Positions 1-9,394 of a stretch of DNA of 64,000 nucleotides are shown here, in pieces (position 1 is the first letter of the stretch; every line of letters begins with the position of its first letter). The stretch is from Chloroflexota bacterium (GTDB lineage Bacteria > Chloroflexota > Limnocylindria > P2-11E > CF-107), in NCBI GenBank assembly GCA_005881435.1, contig VBHP01000033.1:54215-118214 (forward strand). The letters run 5' to 3'. The notes under the pieces are model-generated. The model saw only the letters and a program-made list of their open reading frames with translations, did no database searches and was not told the origin of the DNA. The translations under genes and the position numbers were made by a program.

Positions 1-480
1 ATCGAGGCGAAGCGCAGTGAGGATGAGGTCGTCCAAATCGATAGCCTCGGCGTCGCGCAGCGCGCCGTCGTAGCAACGCGCCAGCGGATCATCGAGCGAG
101 TCGAGCCGTCCCTTGGCGCGCGAGATGCGATCGAGCTCGCCGCGCACGCTGGCAGCGTCCGCCGGCCGGGACAGCTGGTGCAGGCACTGCCGCACCAGCA
201 CGCGCGCTTCGGCGCGATCGACGACCCGGAACCGCCGCCCGCGCGCCCGCAGGCGCAAGAGCGCCCAGGCATGAAAGGTCAGCGCGTTGACCTTGCCGCC
301 GATACGGCGGCGGAGCTCGCCGGCGGCCTTGCGCGAGAAGGTCAGGACCAGGATCCGCTGCGGATCTGCACCCGCGGCCAGCATCCGCTCGACCCGCGCC
401 ACGATCGTCTTCGTCTTGCCGCTGCCGGCGCCGGCGACGACGAGCAGCGGCCCGGGCGCGGTCGCGGCGAGGTACTGCAT
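1..480 (-). CDS. UvrD/PcrA-like superfamily I DNA helicase, N-terminal part (gene continues beyond window start)
   Basis: Hand translation of minus strand from ATG at 480..478 gives MQYLAATAPGPLLVVAGAGSGKTKTIVARVERMLAAGADPQRILVLTFSRKAAGELRRRIGG. GSGKT Walker A plus 'LTFSRKAA' match UvrD motifs I/Ia. Not in ORF track because it has no in-window stop. Confidence 0.6.
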   Translation of the reverse strand, partial: MQYLAATAPGPLLVVAGAGSGKTKTIVARVERMLAAGADPQRILVLTFSRKAAGELRRRIGGKVNALTFHAWALLRLRARGRRFRVVDRAEARVLVRQCLHQLSRPADAASVRGELDRISRAKGRLDSLDDPLARCYDGALRDAEAIDLDDLILTALRLD

Positions 481-950
481 TTGGTTGAGCCCGTCCGGTC
501 CATCCATCCGATCGACCCTACAGCGCCTTCGCGAGCCGTACGACCAACGGGCGACCGCTTCCACCTTGAAGTCCGATCACCACGCCGCCGCATCCGGCGA
601 TATTCACTTCGAAATGAATTGCCTCATGGCGAACGAAATCATCAATACCTCCCCCTTGAGGTGGTCGCGCCGATACGCGACCACCTCAGCCCTCCCGCGA
701 GGGCTGGCGTGGGCATGAAGGGAAGAGAGATCGACGTGGAAACCACCCGTGACGCGATCCATCCGGTCGGGGCGATCCTCATCGTGGTCAAGATCGGCGA
801 CGAATACGGCGTGATCGTGTCCGAAGACGCGAGCGATCCCGAAGGCGCGACGCTGCTGTCGACCTTCGCGACGGAGGAGGACGCTCGTCGCAGCGCCTCG
901 TGGCTCGTGCTCCTCAGGCGCAGCTACCACTCCGCCCAGCCGGCGTTCCT

Positions 951-1643
951 CTAGTCGAGCCCCTCGGCGATCTTCTCGCGCGTCCTGCGCAGGAGCGCGT
1001 CGGGGTCGACCTTCATCGACTCCAGGATCCCCGCCGCGATGCCCTCGCCTTCGCGCACCACACCCAGAAGCAGGTGGCCGCTGCCCACCCCTTTGTGTCC
1101 GGATTCAGCAATAGCCAGCTCGATGACCTTCTTCGTACGCGGTGTCAGCGTGATCTCGGCTGCCGATGGGATCGAAGCGCCGCGACCGATGGTGAGCTCG
1201 ACGCCGACGCGAGCCTGCTCCAGCGTCACGCCCGCCTCCGCCAGCGCTCGGCCGCCGGCGCCCTCGCCATCCCGAATGATCCCGAGTAACACGTGCTCGG
1301 TGCCGATGTAGTTGTGTTGCATGCGGATCGCCTCATCCTGGGCCAGCGCGAGCACGCGCTTGCCGCGGTCGGCGAAGCGATCGAACGGAGCTGCGGTGAT
1401 GCCGGCCCTCGCGGTCGCGAGCGTCGCGTTGGGCGTGGCCCTTCCGCCGGAGCGCCAGCGACCCACCGGCGTCAGCCGCCCGTGCAGCAGCAGATCGACG
1501 GACGACGCGACGAAGAATGCGGCGAAGAACGCCAGCGCGACGGCGACGTTCGGCGCTCCCGCGATCGCCGTGAGAAGCAGGGCCGCTAACGCGCCGACAG
1601 CAGCGGCAAGCGCGGGACGCGAGAGCTCGACCAGCACCTTCAC
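951..1643 (-). CDS. Membrane-anchored Clp N-terminal (Clp_N/R) double-repeat domain protein
   Basis: C-terminal 150 aa carry two ClpA/ClpB N-domain repeats (NYIGTEHVLLGIIRD ... GHLLLGVVREGEGIAAGIL). Preceded by a hydrophobic helix (LAAAVGALAALLLTAIAGA...AFFAAFFVASSV). GTG start at 1643 overlaps TGA of upstream GT4 gene (GTGA). N-terminal 164 aa of track ORF 951..2135 are Arg-rich off-frame overlap and were discarded. Confidence 0.55.
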   Translation of the reverse strand: MKVLVELSRPALAAAVGALAALLLTAIAGAPNVAVALAFFAAFFVASSVDLLLHGRLTPVGRWRSGGRATPNATLATARAGITAAPFDRFADRGKRVLALAQDEAIRMQHNYIGTEHVLLGIIRDGEGAGGRALAEAGVTLEQARVGVELTIGRGASIPSAAEITLTPRTKKVIELAIAESGHKGVGSGHLLLGVVREGEGIAAGILESMKVDPDALLRRTREKIAEGLD

Positions 1644-2749
1644 CCGCCCTGCTGCCCGTCCTCCCCGTTGCGATACAACCCCGGTTCGAATTCTTGCGCT
1701 TTCGAGCTGCGCTGCGCCAACATGACGACGGCGACACCCAGTCCGATGAAGATCGCGGCGAACGCCAGCACCTGCGCCTGACCGCTCGCGACCAGCGCGA
1801 CGGCGCCGAGGACGGCGGTGATGACGTAGATCAGGAACACCGCCTGCGCATGCGACAGGCCCACGTCCAGCAGCCGATGGTGAAAGTGGCCGCGGTCCGG
1901 CGCGAACGGCGGACGCCGCTCGAACAGCCGCCGGATGATCACGTAGAAGGTGTCGATGATCGGCACCCCCAGGACCAGGAGGGCCGCGGCGATCTTCGCC
2001 GTGCCGAAGATCGACAGCGTCGCCAGCACCGTGCCGACGAACGTCACGCCCGTCGTGCCGAGGAAGAGCTTCGCCGGATGGACGTTGAAAACGAGGAAAC
2101 CGATGAGCGCGCCGGCGAGCGCGAACTCCATCCACGCCACGAACGGCTCGTTCACCGCGGGTGTCAGCGCGATGAAGCCGAGACAGACGGCGGCGATCGC
2201 CGACACGCCCGCGGCCAGACCGTCAAGGCCGTCGATGAAATTGAGTGCGTTGATCATGCCGACGATCCAGAGGAAGGTCACGGGTATGGAGAGAGCACCA
2301 AGCACGATGATGTGCCGCGGATCGACCGGGTTGTTGACAAACTCGATCCGTACTCCCGCCAGCACCACGATCGCCGCCACCAGTAGCTGACCGGCGAGTT
2401 GCCAGCGGGCGCGCAAGTCGACCAGGTCGTCGAAGAACCCCACCGCCACGCTGACCAGCGCGGCGAGGACGACCAGACGGAAGCGCGACGAGCGCACCTC
2501 CTCGGGAATGAGGACCGGTCCGCCGGAGAGGATGTCGATCGACCAGAAGACCGCGATGGCGAAACCGAAGGCGATGAAGATCGCCAGACCACCCGGACGC
2601 GGGATCGGACGCGGGTGCTTGCGTCTGCCGCCGGGCATATCCAGCAGTTGCAGCCGGTGTGACAGCCGGGCCACGAGGGGCGTCGCGGACATCGCGAAGA
2701 GCAGCGCCAGCACGAACGACCAGACATAGAGCGTGACCTGGCCGCTCAA
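1640..2749 (-). CDS. Glycosyltransferase family 4 (MraY/WecA/TagO family) undecaprenyl-phosphate sugar-1-phosphate transferase
   Basis: 369 aa polytopic membrane protein. Motifs DDLVDLRA, NALNFIDGLDGLAAG and VFLGTTGVTFVG are typical of WecA/TagO-type UDP-GlcNAc:undecaprenyl-P transferases. Confidence 0.85.
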   Translation of the reverse strand: MSGQVTLYVWSFVLALLFAMSATPLVARLSHRLQLLDMPGGRRKHPRPIPRPGGLAIFIAFGFAIAVFWSIDILSGGPVLIPEEVRSSRFRLVVLAALVSVAVGFFDDLVDLRARWQLAGQLLVAAIVVLAGVRIEFVNNPVDPRHIIVLGALSIPVTFLWIVGMINALNFIDGLDGLAAGVSAIAAVCLGFIALTPAVNEPFVAWMEFALAGALIGFLVFNVHPAKLFLGTTGVTFVGTVLATLSIFGTAKIAAALLVLGVPIIDTFYVIIRRLFERRPPFAPDRGHFHHRLLDVGLSHAQAVFLIYVITAVLGAVALVASGQAQVLAFAAIFIGLGVAVVMLAQRSSKAQEFEPGLYRNGEDGQQGG

Positions 2750-2764
2750 CGAATGTCTCTGACG

Positions 2765-3397
2765 TTATCCGGTGCCGAACTGGCGGTCGCCCGCGTCGCC
2801 GAGACCGGGAACGATGTAGCCGCGCTCGTTGAGTCGCTCGTCGAGCGCGCCGACGTGCATGTGCACATCCGGATGCGCCTTGGCCATGGCCTTCGCGCCC
2901 TCGGGCGCGGCGATGATGCCGACGTACTTGATCCGCTTCGCGCCCCAGCGCTCCAGGATGTCGACCGTCGCCGTGGCCGACCCGCCGGTCGCGAGCATCG
3001 GGTCCAGCACCAGGCACAGCTGGGCCGTCGCCGACGCCGGCAGCTTGTTGTAGTACTCGATCGGTCGCAGGGTGCGTTCGTCGCGGAACAACCCGATGTG
3101 CCAGACCTCCGCCTCAGGGATCAGCTCCAGTGCCGCGTCGACCATGCCGATGCCGGCGCGAAGCACAGGGATGAGTCCGACCTTCTGCGCCAGGCGCCAT
3201 CCGGTCGCCGGCGCCAGCGGCGTCTGCACTACGTCACGCCGCAGCTCGAGGTCGGCCGTTGCCTCGTAGAGCAAAAGCATCGCGATCTGGCGCACTAGCG
3301 CCCGAAAATCCGCCGGCGGCGTGGAGCGATCCCGCAGCCGCGTCAGCTTCTCGCGCAGCAACGGATGCGCGCTGACGTGCAGGTTCGGTATGTCCAC
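2765..3397 (-). CDS. upp: Uracil phosphoribosyltransferase
   Basis: 210 aa. Conserved UPRTase segments LIPVLRAGIGMVD, LVLDPMLATGGSA and YIVPGLGDAGDRQFGT. Confidence 0.9.
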   Translation of the reverse strand: MDIPNLHVSAHPLLREKLTRLRDRSTPPADFRALVRQIAMLLLYEATADLELRRDVVQTPLAPATGWRLAQKVGLIPVLRAGIGMVDAALELIPEAEVWHIGLFRDERTLRPIEYYNKLPASATAQLCLVLDPMLATGGSATATVDILERWGAKRIKYVGIIAAPEGAKAMAKAHPDVHMHVGALDERLNERGYIVPGLGDAGDRQFGTG

Positions 3398-3401
3398 CGC
3401 G

Positions 3402-4685
3402 TTATCGGGCGATGCCGGGTACCGGGAAACGCGAGGTCAGCGCCAGCACTTCGTCGGCGACCTGCTTCGCGATGGTGTCGTCGCCGAGGTGCGTCAGCAC
3501 CTTGCCGATGAGTCTTCCGATGTGCTCCATCTCGGCTTCGCGCATGCCGCGCGTCGTCACCGCCGGCGTCCCGATGCGCAGTCCGCTCGCGACCGTGGGC
3601 TTCTGCGGATCGTAGGGAATGGTGTTCTTGTTCACGGTGATCCCGACGCGGTCGAGCGCCTTCTCCGCGTCGCGGCCGGTGGTGTTGAGGGGACGCACGT
3701 CGACGAGCATGAGGTGGTTGTCGGTGCCGCCCGAGACCAGGCGCAGCTTTTCCTTGGCCAGCGTCGTGGACAGGACCTTCGCGTTCTTGACGATCTGCGA
3801 GGCGTACTCCTTGAACGATGGCTCCATGGCTTCCTTCAGCATCACCGCCTTGCCAGCGATGACGTGCATCAGCGGGCCGCCCTGGACGTTCGGGAACACC
3901 GCGGAATCGATCGGCTTCTGCAGCTCCGCGATCGAGAGGATCATCCCGCCGCGCGGTCCGCGGAGGGTTTTATGCGTCGTGGTCGTCACGATCTGCGAGT
4001 GCGGCACCGGCGAGGGATGCGCGCCGCCGGCGACAAGCCCGGCGAAGTGCGCCATGTCGACCATGAGCAGCGCTCCGGTCTCGTCGGCGATCTGTCGCAA
4101 GCGCGGGAAGTCAAAGGTGCGCGGGTACGCCGTCGCGCCGGCGACGATGAGCTTCGGCCGGTGCTCTTTCGCGAGCCGCTCGACCTCGTCGTAGTCGATG
4201 AGCTCAGTGTCCTGGCGGACACCGTACGAGACGAACTTGTAGAGCTTGCCGCTGAAGTTCACCGGCGAGCCGTGCGTCAGATGGCCACCCATATCCAGAC
4301 GCATTCCCAGAACGACGTCTCCGGGCTGCAGCACCGCCGCGTAGGCGGCCATGTTCGCCTGCGCGCCGGCGTGTGGCTGAACGTTCGCGTGCTGCGCGCC
4401 GAACAGCTGCTTGGCGCGCTCGATCGCCAGTGCCTCGGCTTGATCGACCCACTCGCAGCCGCCGTAGTACCGACGGCCGGGATAGCCCTCGGCGTACTTG
4501 TTGGTGAGGACGCTGCCGACGGTCTCCATGACCGCGGCGCTGGTGAAGTTCTCTGAGGCGATGAGCTCGATCTTCTCCAGCTGGCGCCGCTGCTCGCCCT
4601 GGATGATGCGATAGATCTCGGGGTCGGTCTCCCGCAGATCCCTCAAGGCGCCGCGCTCGGCGACGCGCTCTCGTATGTCGGTCAT
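3402..4685 (-). CDS. glyA: Serine hydroxymethyltransferase
   Basis: 427 aa from ATG at 4685 (MTDIRERV...). Motifs [24 protein letters not shown] (PLP-lysine) and VTTRG. Upstream 143 aa of the track ORF are Arg-rich non-coding read-through. Confidence 0.95.
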   Translation of the reverse strand: MTDIRERVAERGALRDLRETDPEIYRIIQGEQRRQLEKIELIASENFTSAAVMETVGSVLTNKYAEGYPGRRYYGGCEWVDQAEALAIERAKQLFGAQHANVQPHAGAQANMAAYAAVLQPGDVVLGMRLDMGGHLTHGSPVNFSGKLYKFVSYGVRQDTELIDYDEVERLAKEHRPKLIVAGATAYPRTFDFPRLRQIADETGALLMVDMAHFAGLVAGGAHPSPVPHSQIVTTTTHKTLRGPRGGMILSIAELQKPIDSAVFPNVQGGPLMHVIAGKAVMLKEAMEPSFKEYASQIVKNAKVLSTTLAKEKLRLVSGGTDNHLMLVDVRPLNTTGRDAEKALDRVGITVNKNTIPYDPQKPTVASGLRIGTPAVTTRGMREAEMEHIGRLIGKVLTHLGDDTIAKQVADEVLALTSRFPVPGIAR

Positions 4686-5131
4686 CCGACCCGCTCCTTT
4701 TCTAACGCCGCGATCTTCTCGCGGCGGCGTTCGTGCCGTCCGCCCTGGGGCTCGGCCGAGAGGTACGCGTCGACGATGGACTTCGCCAGCTCCGGTCCGA
4801 TGACGCGCTGACCGAGCGTAAGCACGTTCACGTCGACGTGCTCCACGCCGTCGCGCGCCGACCATTCCTCGCTCACGACCGCGGCGCGCCCGCCGGGGAT
4901 CTTGCACGCCGCCACGGCCGGGCCGATGCCACTGCCGCAGCAGAAGATGCCGCGCTCGAACTCGCCCCGCACTACCGCCCGCGTCAATGGGACGACGAAG
5001 TCGACGTAGTCGACGCTGGCTTCGGAATCCGTGCCGAAGTCGCGCAGTTGGTGACCTCGTTCGCGAAGGTATGCGAGCAGGATCTGCTTGAGCTGGAAGC
5101 CGGCATGATCGCAACCGATCGCGATCTTCAT
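4682..5131 (-). CDS. rpiB: Ribose-5-phosphate isomerase B
   Basis: 149 aa from ATG at 5131: [15 protein letters not shown]...[15 protein letters not shown], the RpiB/LacAB signature. ATGA overlap with glyA start. Confidence 0.9.
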   Translation of the reverse strand: MKIAIGCDHAGFQLKQILLAYLRERGHQLRDFGTDSEASVDYVDFVVPLTRAVVRGEFERGIFCCGSGIGPAVAACKIPGGRAAVVSEEWSARDGVEHVDVNVLTLGQRVIGPELAKSIVDAYLSAEPQGGRHERRREKIAALEKERVG

Positions 5132-5715
5132 GCCACCGCGGCCTCGAACAGCGCGTCGCGGGTGATCGCGCCCTCGCGCAGGATCACCAGCTGCTCGCCG
5201 GAGCAATCGACGACGGTGCTGGCGACGCCGCCGGGCGTCGGTCCGCCGTCGAGGACGAGCTCGATCCGACCATTCAGCTGCTCGAGGACCTCCTGAGCGG
5301 TGTGGCACTCGGCACCGCCGCTACGGTTCGCGCTCGTGACGGGAAGTCCGCCGCCACTGGCGGCCAGGATCTGTCGCGCCACGGCATGGTCCGGAACGCG
5401 GAACGCCAGCGTGCCGCGGCGCGGCGCGGTCAGGACGATCGTCAGCGGGCCGGGCCAGAAGCGCTCGGCGAGGCGCCGCGCGATCGGTGTGACGATCGCG
5501 CTGTTCTCGAGGTTCGCCGCATCGGCGAGCAGGACCGGAATCCGCTTCTCGGCCGGCCGATCTTTGGCCACGAAGAGCTTCTTGATGTGACCGTGCCCGG
5601 CGGCGAGCCCGTAGATGGTGTCGGTCGGAAAGGCCACGAGCTCTCCTCTGGCGAGCGCGGCGGCCGCCTCCGTGATCGCGCCGCTCTCCTCGGCGCGGAT
5701 CAGCCGCGTCTTCAC
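5128..5715 (-). CDS. tsaC: L-threonylcarbamoyladenylate synthase (YrdC/TsaC domain)
   Basis: 195 aa. YrdC-domain motifs [25 protein letters not shown] and PVTSANRSG. 4-nt overlap with rpiB. Confidence 0.85.
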   Translation of the reverse strand: MKTRLIRAEESGAITEAAAALARGELVAFPTDTIYGLAAGHGHIKKLFVAKDRPAEKRIPVLLADAANLENSAIVTPIARRLAERFWPGPLTIVLTAPRRGTLAFRVPDHAVARQILAASGGGLPVTSANRSGGAECHTAQEVLEQLNGRIELVLDGGPTPGGVASTVVDCSGEQLVILREGAITRDALFEAAVA

Positions 5716-5752
5716 AGCGGGATTCTAGGCCGCGTATGCTTCGTGCCCTTCA

Positions 5753-7366
5753 ATGAGGGGAGCCGGGAAGGCGCTGCTGGCCATTGCCGCACTGGTCGCG
5801 GTCGCCGCCGGTTCGCCAGCCGGCCGAGGGCCAAAGGTCATCGCGAACGTCAACATCGACCTCGACCACGGCCTGCTCTTTCCACAGAACAAGCAGAACG
5901 AGCCCTCGATCACGCGTGATCCGCTCACCGGCGCGCTGATCGCGGGGGCGAACGACGAAATCTCGCTCGACCTCTGTCGTGGCACGACGGCACCGCTCGC
6001 GAGCCCGTGCCCCTTCACACCGGGCCGGCCGATATCGGCCTTCTACCGCTCGACTGATGGCGGTGCGACGTGGACCGGCGGGTACCTTCCGGGATTCGAC
6101 ACCATCGGTCGCCGCTCCGGCGGCGACCCCAGCCTCGATGCCGGCCCGCGGCGCTGCGACAGCGGGATCTTCAGCTGGTCCTGCGGCGCCGTGGTGTACT
6201 ACGCCAGCCTCGCGGACCCGTATCCCGAGTTCGGTGGCGAGCAGATCGCGGTCTCGCGGAGCTACGACGACGGCGGGTCGTGGTCGAATCCGGTCGAGGC
6301 CACGTCGACGGATCGGAAGTCGGACTTCGACGACCATGAGTGGATCGCGGTGGACCGCGGTGCGACGAGCGCGCACTTCGGGCGGCTCTACCTGTTCTGG
6401 GCCGACTACTGCAACAACTGTCTCGGGAACGGACGGGTGAAGCTCTATCTCGCGCACTCCGACGATGAGGGCCGGCGATGGTCGCAGGCGGTTCAAGTCA
6501 GCGGCGCGGCGTTCAACCTGGTGCAGGGTCAAACCGAGACGGGTCAGGTTGCCGTCTCGTACGACGGCACGGTCGAGGCGTTCTGGACGCTGCATGCGGA
6601 TTCGAAGGGCAAATACCCGAGCACGCAGGTCGTCGTCGTGTCGAAGGACGGTGGCGATACCTTCAGCGCGCCGATCCGGATCGCGGACGTCGTGGACTAT
6701 CCGCTCATGGGAACGCCCTTCGATGCGGTCGATCTGTACAACCGCGTGCCCGGCATGAGTGCGCGCGTCGACTGCTACCCGCATCCGGCTTCCGATCCGA
6801 GCTCCACTCGCGTGTACGTGGTTTGGTGCGACTTCGCCGGCGGTGTGGGCGTCGTCAAAGGCGCGGTCTCCGCGGACGGCGTCAATTGGACGACGCTCGG
6901 AACGGTCGCCGCGGTCTCGGGACGGAATGCGTTCTTCCCGGCGATCGACGTGTCCTCAACCGGCCTCGTCGCGGTCGCCTTCGATGCGCTGACGACGCCG
7001 CCCGACAACGATCCCTGGCAGACGGGCACGCAGGTGTACGACAGCTATTACGTCGAGCTGAAGCCGGGCGCTTCGAGCTTCACCGCTCCCCTGCGCGTCA
7101 GTGCCGCGTCGTCGAATCCGGACGCCTCGTCGTACAACAACCTCATGGAGCAGTTCCTCGGCGACTACATCGACGTCGCGGCCGGTCCGGATAGCGCCTA
7201 CGTGATCTGGACGGACGCGCGCGACGCGGATCGGTGCGATGCCGTCGATGCGTATCGTGCCGCCGTCTACGCCGGATCGAAGACCGCGGTCGCGCCGAAC
7301 CCGGACAAGGTGTGCCCTGCGAGCTTCGGCAACACCGACAGCGTCGTCGGCATCGTCAGTTACTAG
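5753..7366 (+). CDS. Secreted BNR/Asp-box repeat protein (sialidase/glycosyl-hydrolase-like beta-propeller)
   Basis: 537 aa with N-terminal signal peptide (ALLAIAALVAVAAG). Repeated Asp-box S-x-D-x-G-x-T-W/F motifs: STDGGATW, SYDDGGSW, SKDGGDTF, SADGVNW. Confidence 0.7.
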   Translation: MRGAGKALLAIAALVAVAAGSPAGRGPKVIANVNIDLDHGLLFPQNKQNEPSITRDPLTGALIAGANDEISLDLCRGTTAPLASPCPFTPGRPISAFYRSTDGGATWTGGYLPGFDTIGRRSGGDPSLDAGPRRCDSGIFSWSCGAVVYYASLADPYPEFGGEQIAVSRSYDDGGSWSNPVEATSTDRKSDFDDHEWIAVDRGATSAHFGRLYLFWADYCNNCLGNGRVKLYLAHSDDEGRRWSQAVQVSGAAFNLVQGQTETGQVAVSYDGTVEAFWTLHADSKGKYPSTQVVVVSKDGGDTFSAPIRIADVVDYPLMGTPFDAVDLYNRVPGMSARVDCYPHPASDPSSTRVYVVWCDFAGGVGVVKGAVSADGVNWTTLGTVAAVSGRNAFFPAIDVSSTGLVAVAFDALTTPPDNDPWQTGTQVYDSYYVELKPGASSFTAPLRVSAASSNPDASSYNNLMEQFLGDYIDVAAGPDSAYVIWTDARDADRCDAVDAYRAAVYAGSKTAVAPNPDKVCPASFGNTDSVVGIVSY

Positions 7367-7455
7367 AGGGGTCCCGGGACTCTAGAGCAGCCTCTCATCC
7401 TCGGCGGAAGAGGATTTCGTCGCCAGGCTCGGACTCGGCACGGCGAACGTCCTCA

Positions 7456-7466
7456 AAGGGGAGGGG
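7456..7466 (+). promoter_or_regulatory. Shine-Dalgarno (AAGGGGAGGGG) for secreted ORF at 7469
   Basis: Purine-rich GGAGG-type motif a few nt upstream of ATG 7469. Confidence 0.5.
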
Positions 7467-7468
7467 CG

Positions 7469-7987
7469 ATGAGGAGATTCCTCACGATCGTCTTCAGCGC
7501 GGTGCTGCTGCTCGCGCTCGCGATGCCCGCGTCCGCGACCACATCGACAACGGATCACAGCAAGACACCGGTTAGCTTTCCCATTCCATTCGACTCCAAC
7601 GGCTGTCCGACTATGAATCCGGGACCTGGCGCCCAGCTCTATCTATTCACACTGACGCCGGCCGCCGAGGTGCTGCACCTCACGGTCAACGACGCCGGCG
7701 ATTACTGGCTGACTGAGACGGCGACCGGCGACGTCACGTTCGTTCCACTGGGGCCGTTCGGCGTGACCTGGTCGGGTCACGGGACGATCTGGGACAACTT
7801 CAATCAGAACGTGACCAACGGAAACATGTCGGCCATCCTCGAGGTCTCCGTCGCGTCGGCGAGCGGCGAAACGTTGAAGGTCAACGCGAACGGCCACGTA
7901 CAGTGGACCGGCGACACGCCCGGTTTCTTCGTACCGCCGACTCCAGACCAGATCACGAATCAATTCTTCGACGTTCGCTGCCACTAA
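7469..7987 (+). CDS. Hypothetical secreted protein (signal peptide, no recognised domain)
   Basis: 172 aa with strong signal peptide MRRFLTIVFSAVLLLALAMPASA and a good RBS. Thr/Asn/Gly-rich mature region, C-terminal Cys. Lower GC than flanks. Confidence 0.6.
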   Translation: MRRFLTIVFSAVLLLALAMPASATTSTTDHSKTPVSFPIPFDSNGCPTMNPGPGAQLYLFTLTPAAEVLHLTVNDAGDYWLTETATGDVTFVPLGPFGVTWSGHGTIWDNFNQNVTNGNMSAILEVSVASASGETLKVNANGHVQWTGDTPGFFVPPTPDQITNQFFDVRCH

Positions 7988-8057
7988 CGGCGCGACCTGG
8001 GCCGAGGGCCGGCAGCACGCCGGCTCTCGGCCACGTCATCTCGCGTTGCTTGAAACG

Positions 8058-8090
8058 AAAGGACCCCCGGTTTGTAGCCGAGGGTCCTCG
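8058..8090. terminator. Possible bidirectional hairpin between convergent secreted-protein genes
   Basis: AGGACCC ... 15-nt loop ... GGGTCCT inverted repeat in the 122-nt gap between 7469..7987(+) and 8110..8745(-). Loop is long; weak call. Confidence 0.25.
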
Positions 8091-8109
8091 CGAGGAACGC
8101 CAGAGAGAG

Positions 8110-8745
8110 TTACTTCGAGGCGCCCGACTGGCTGCGCGAGACGAAGAGCGTCTCGCCGTTCTCGAAGGGCGGCTGTGGCCTATCGAAGTCGACAGTGGTA
8201 GTCGGGTTCAAGAACACCTTCAGCTTGATGCCCTCTTCGTCGGTGTTCCCGGCAGGAGCATGAATCCGGCAGTTCACCCAGATTTCACCGTCGGCCTGCA
8301 CCTGTCCCATCGCCGGATTCGTCGTGGTCGCCACGACGTGAAGGCTCATGACGGCGACCCCTCCGCAAAAGTCCGCTGGGAAGGGGCCAGTGTCGCAGCC
8401 GAAGAACGTGAAACTCTTCAAGCTGGTCGCGGTCCACGTGCCGAACGCGACCACCTGACCGGTCGCATCGGTGTGCACGAACGTGCCTCCCCCGGTCGCG
8501 TTCATCGCCGCGGTATTCATCGTGCCGGTCCCGCTCACGCGGACGCTGTGTCCGATGAATGCGCCGCTGTCGGACGCCTTGGCGACGGCTCCGGTCTGGT
8601 TCGGGCCGGCCATGGTCTGGATGAACGCGTCCGAGACGTGCCAGTCGAATTTCGCCGAAGTGTTGACGCTGGCGGCTTGCACGCCGCCGCTCGCGAGGAG
8701 CGATAGTGCGAGCAATAGAGCGAAAATCGGTGCGAATCGTTTCAT
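8110..8745 (-). CDS. Hypothetical secreted protein
   Basis: 211 aa from ATG 8745 (MKRFAPIFALLLALSLLASGGVQAAS), with AGGGAGA RBS about 8 nt upstream. No known domain. Track ORF start at 8868 is unsupported. Confidence 0.6.
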   Translation of the reverse strand: MKRFAPIFALLLALSLLASGGVQAASVNTSAKFDWHVSDAFIQTMAGPNQTGAVAKASDSGAFIGHSVRVSGTGTMNTAAMNATGGGTFVHTDATGQVVAFGTWTATSLKSFTFFGCDTGPFPADFCGGVAVMSLHVVATTTNPAMGQVQADGEIWVNCRIHAPAGNTDEEGIKLKVFLNPTTTVDFDRPQPPFENGETLFVSRSQSGASK

Positions 8746-8763
8746 CGAAAGTGTCTCCCTCAT

Positions 8764-8778
8764 GTTGTTGTTGTTGTT
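8764..8778. repeat. (GTT)5 microsatellite
   Basis: gttgttgttgttgtt lies between the two minus-strand secreted-protein genes. If the upstream start were used it would encode Asn5. Confidence 0.7.
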
Positions 8779-8783
8779 GATCG

Positions 8784-9287
8784 CTACTGCGTGATCGAGA
8801 TATGTCCCGCTGTGAGTGCGCTCATTCCGGTGTCGATGCCGAACGCCGGGATCTGCAGCTGGTGCCACGCCCTCCCTGCGCCTCCGGACCCTTGCGACGA
8901 AATGTACGGAACGTTCGAGTGTGTCTCCGTGTGGATGCCGGATGCGGTCCTGCCGACGACGCGCACGGTCGCGGTGCCGCTGAAGCTCGAGCTGGATCCG
9001 GTGATCGTCAGCGTGCCGGCCGTCACCGACCCTTCCACCTGCATCTGCAAGATGGTCATCCCGCCGAATGGGAACCCGCCCGAACGGCCCGCCATAATGC
9101 AGAGGAAACTGCCGCCGGATCGCGTCGCATGCATCCCGAGTTGCGACGTGACGCCGAGTGGCCCGCCGACGACGCCTCCTCCGTTAACGCTCGGGCCCGC
9201 TGAAGCCAGCGCAGAAACTTGCGCCGCGAGAAGGATCGCCACTGTGGAAAATGTGATCAGTAACGTGCGCGCGGAGTTGTTCGCCAT
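8784..9287 (-). CDS. Hypothetical secreted Gly/Ser/Thr-rich protein
   Basis: 167 aa from ATG 9287 (MANNSARTLLITFSTVAILLAAQVSALA signal peptide). GGGGGAGG RBS 5-8 nt upstream. Confidence 0.55.
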   Translation of the reverse strand: MANNSARTLLITFSTVAILLAAQVSALASAGPSVNGGGVVGGPLGVTSQLGMHATRSGGSFLCIMAGRSGGFPFGGMTILQMQVEGSVTAGTLTITGSSSSFSGTATVRVVGRTASGIHTETHSNVPYISSQGSGGAGRAWHQLQIPAFGIDTGMSALTAGHISITQ

Positions 9288-9394
9288 ACCCACCTCCCCC
9301 TAGCGAGTACCTGTCGCGCAGCGGGTATAGCACCGACGTTCAGCGATCGAGGTGTCAATTTTTCGTAACGAGCGCCTTTCCGGCAGGCGGCAGT

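Noticed and set aside
178-954. 258-aa plus-strand ORF and overlapping 143/83/108-aa ORFs
   Set aside because: Arg/Ala/Pro-rich low-complexity translation, antisense to the clearly coding UvrD-like helicase N-terminus. A high-GC artefact.
1694-2390. 230-aa and 146-aa plus-strand ORFs
   Set aside because: Antisense to the well-supported GT4 (WecA-like) gene; Asp/Arg/Glu-rich nonsense composition.
3321-4556. 411-aa plus-strand ORF
   Set aside because: Antisense to glyA; no motifs; Arg/Val-rich.
5750-6784. 344-aa minus-strand ORF
   Set aside because: Antisense to the BNR-repeat gene, which carries a signal peptide and Asp-boxes.
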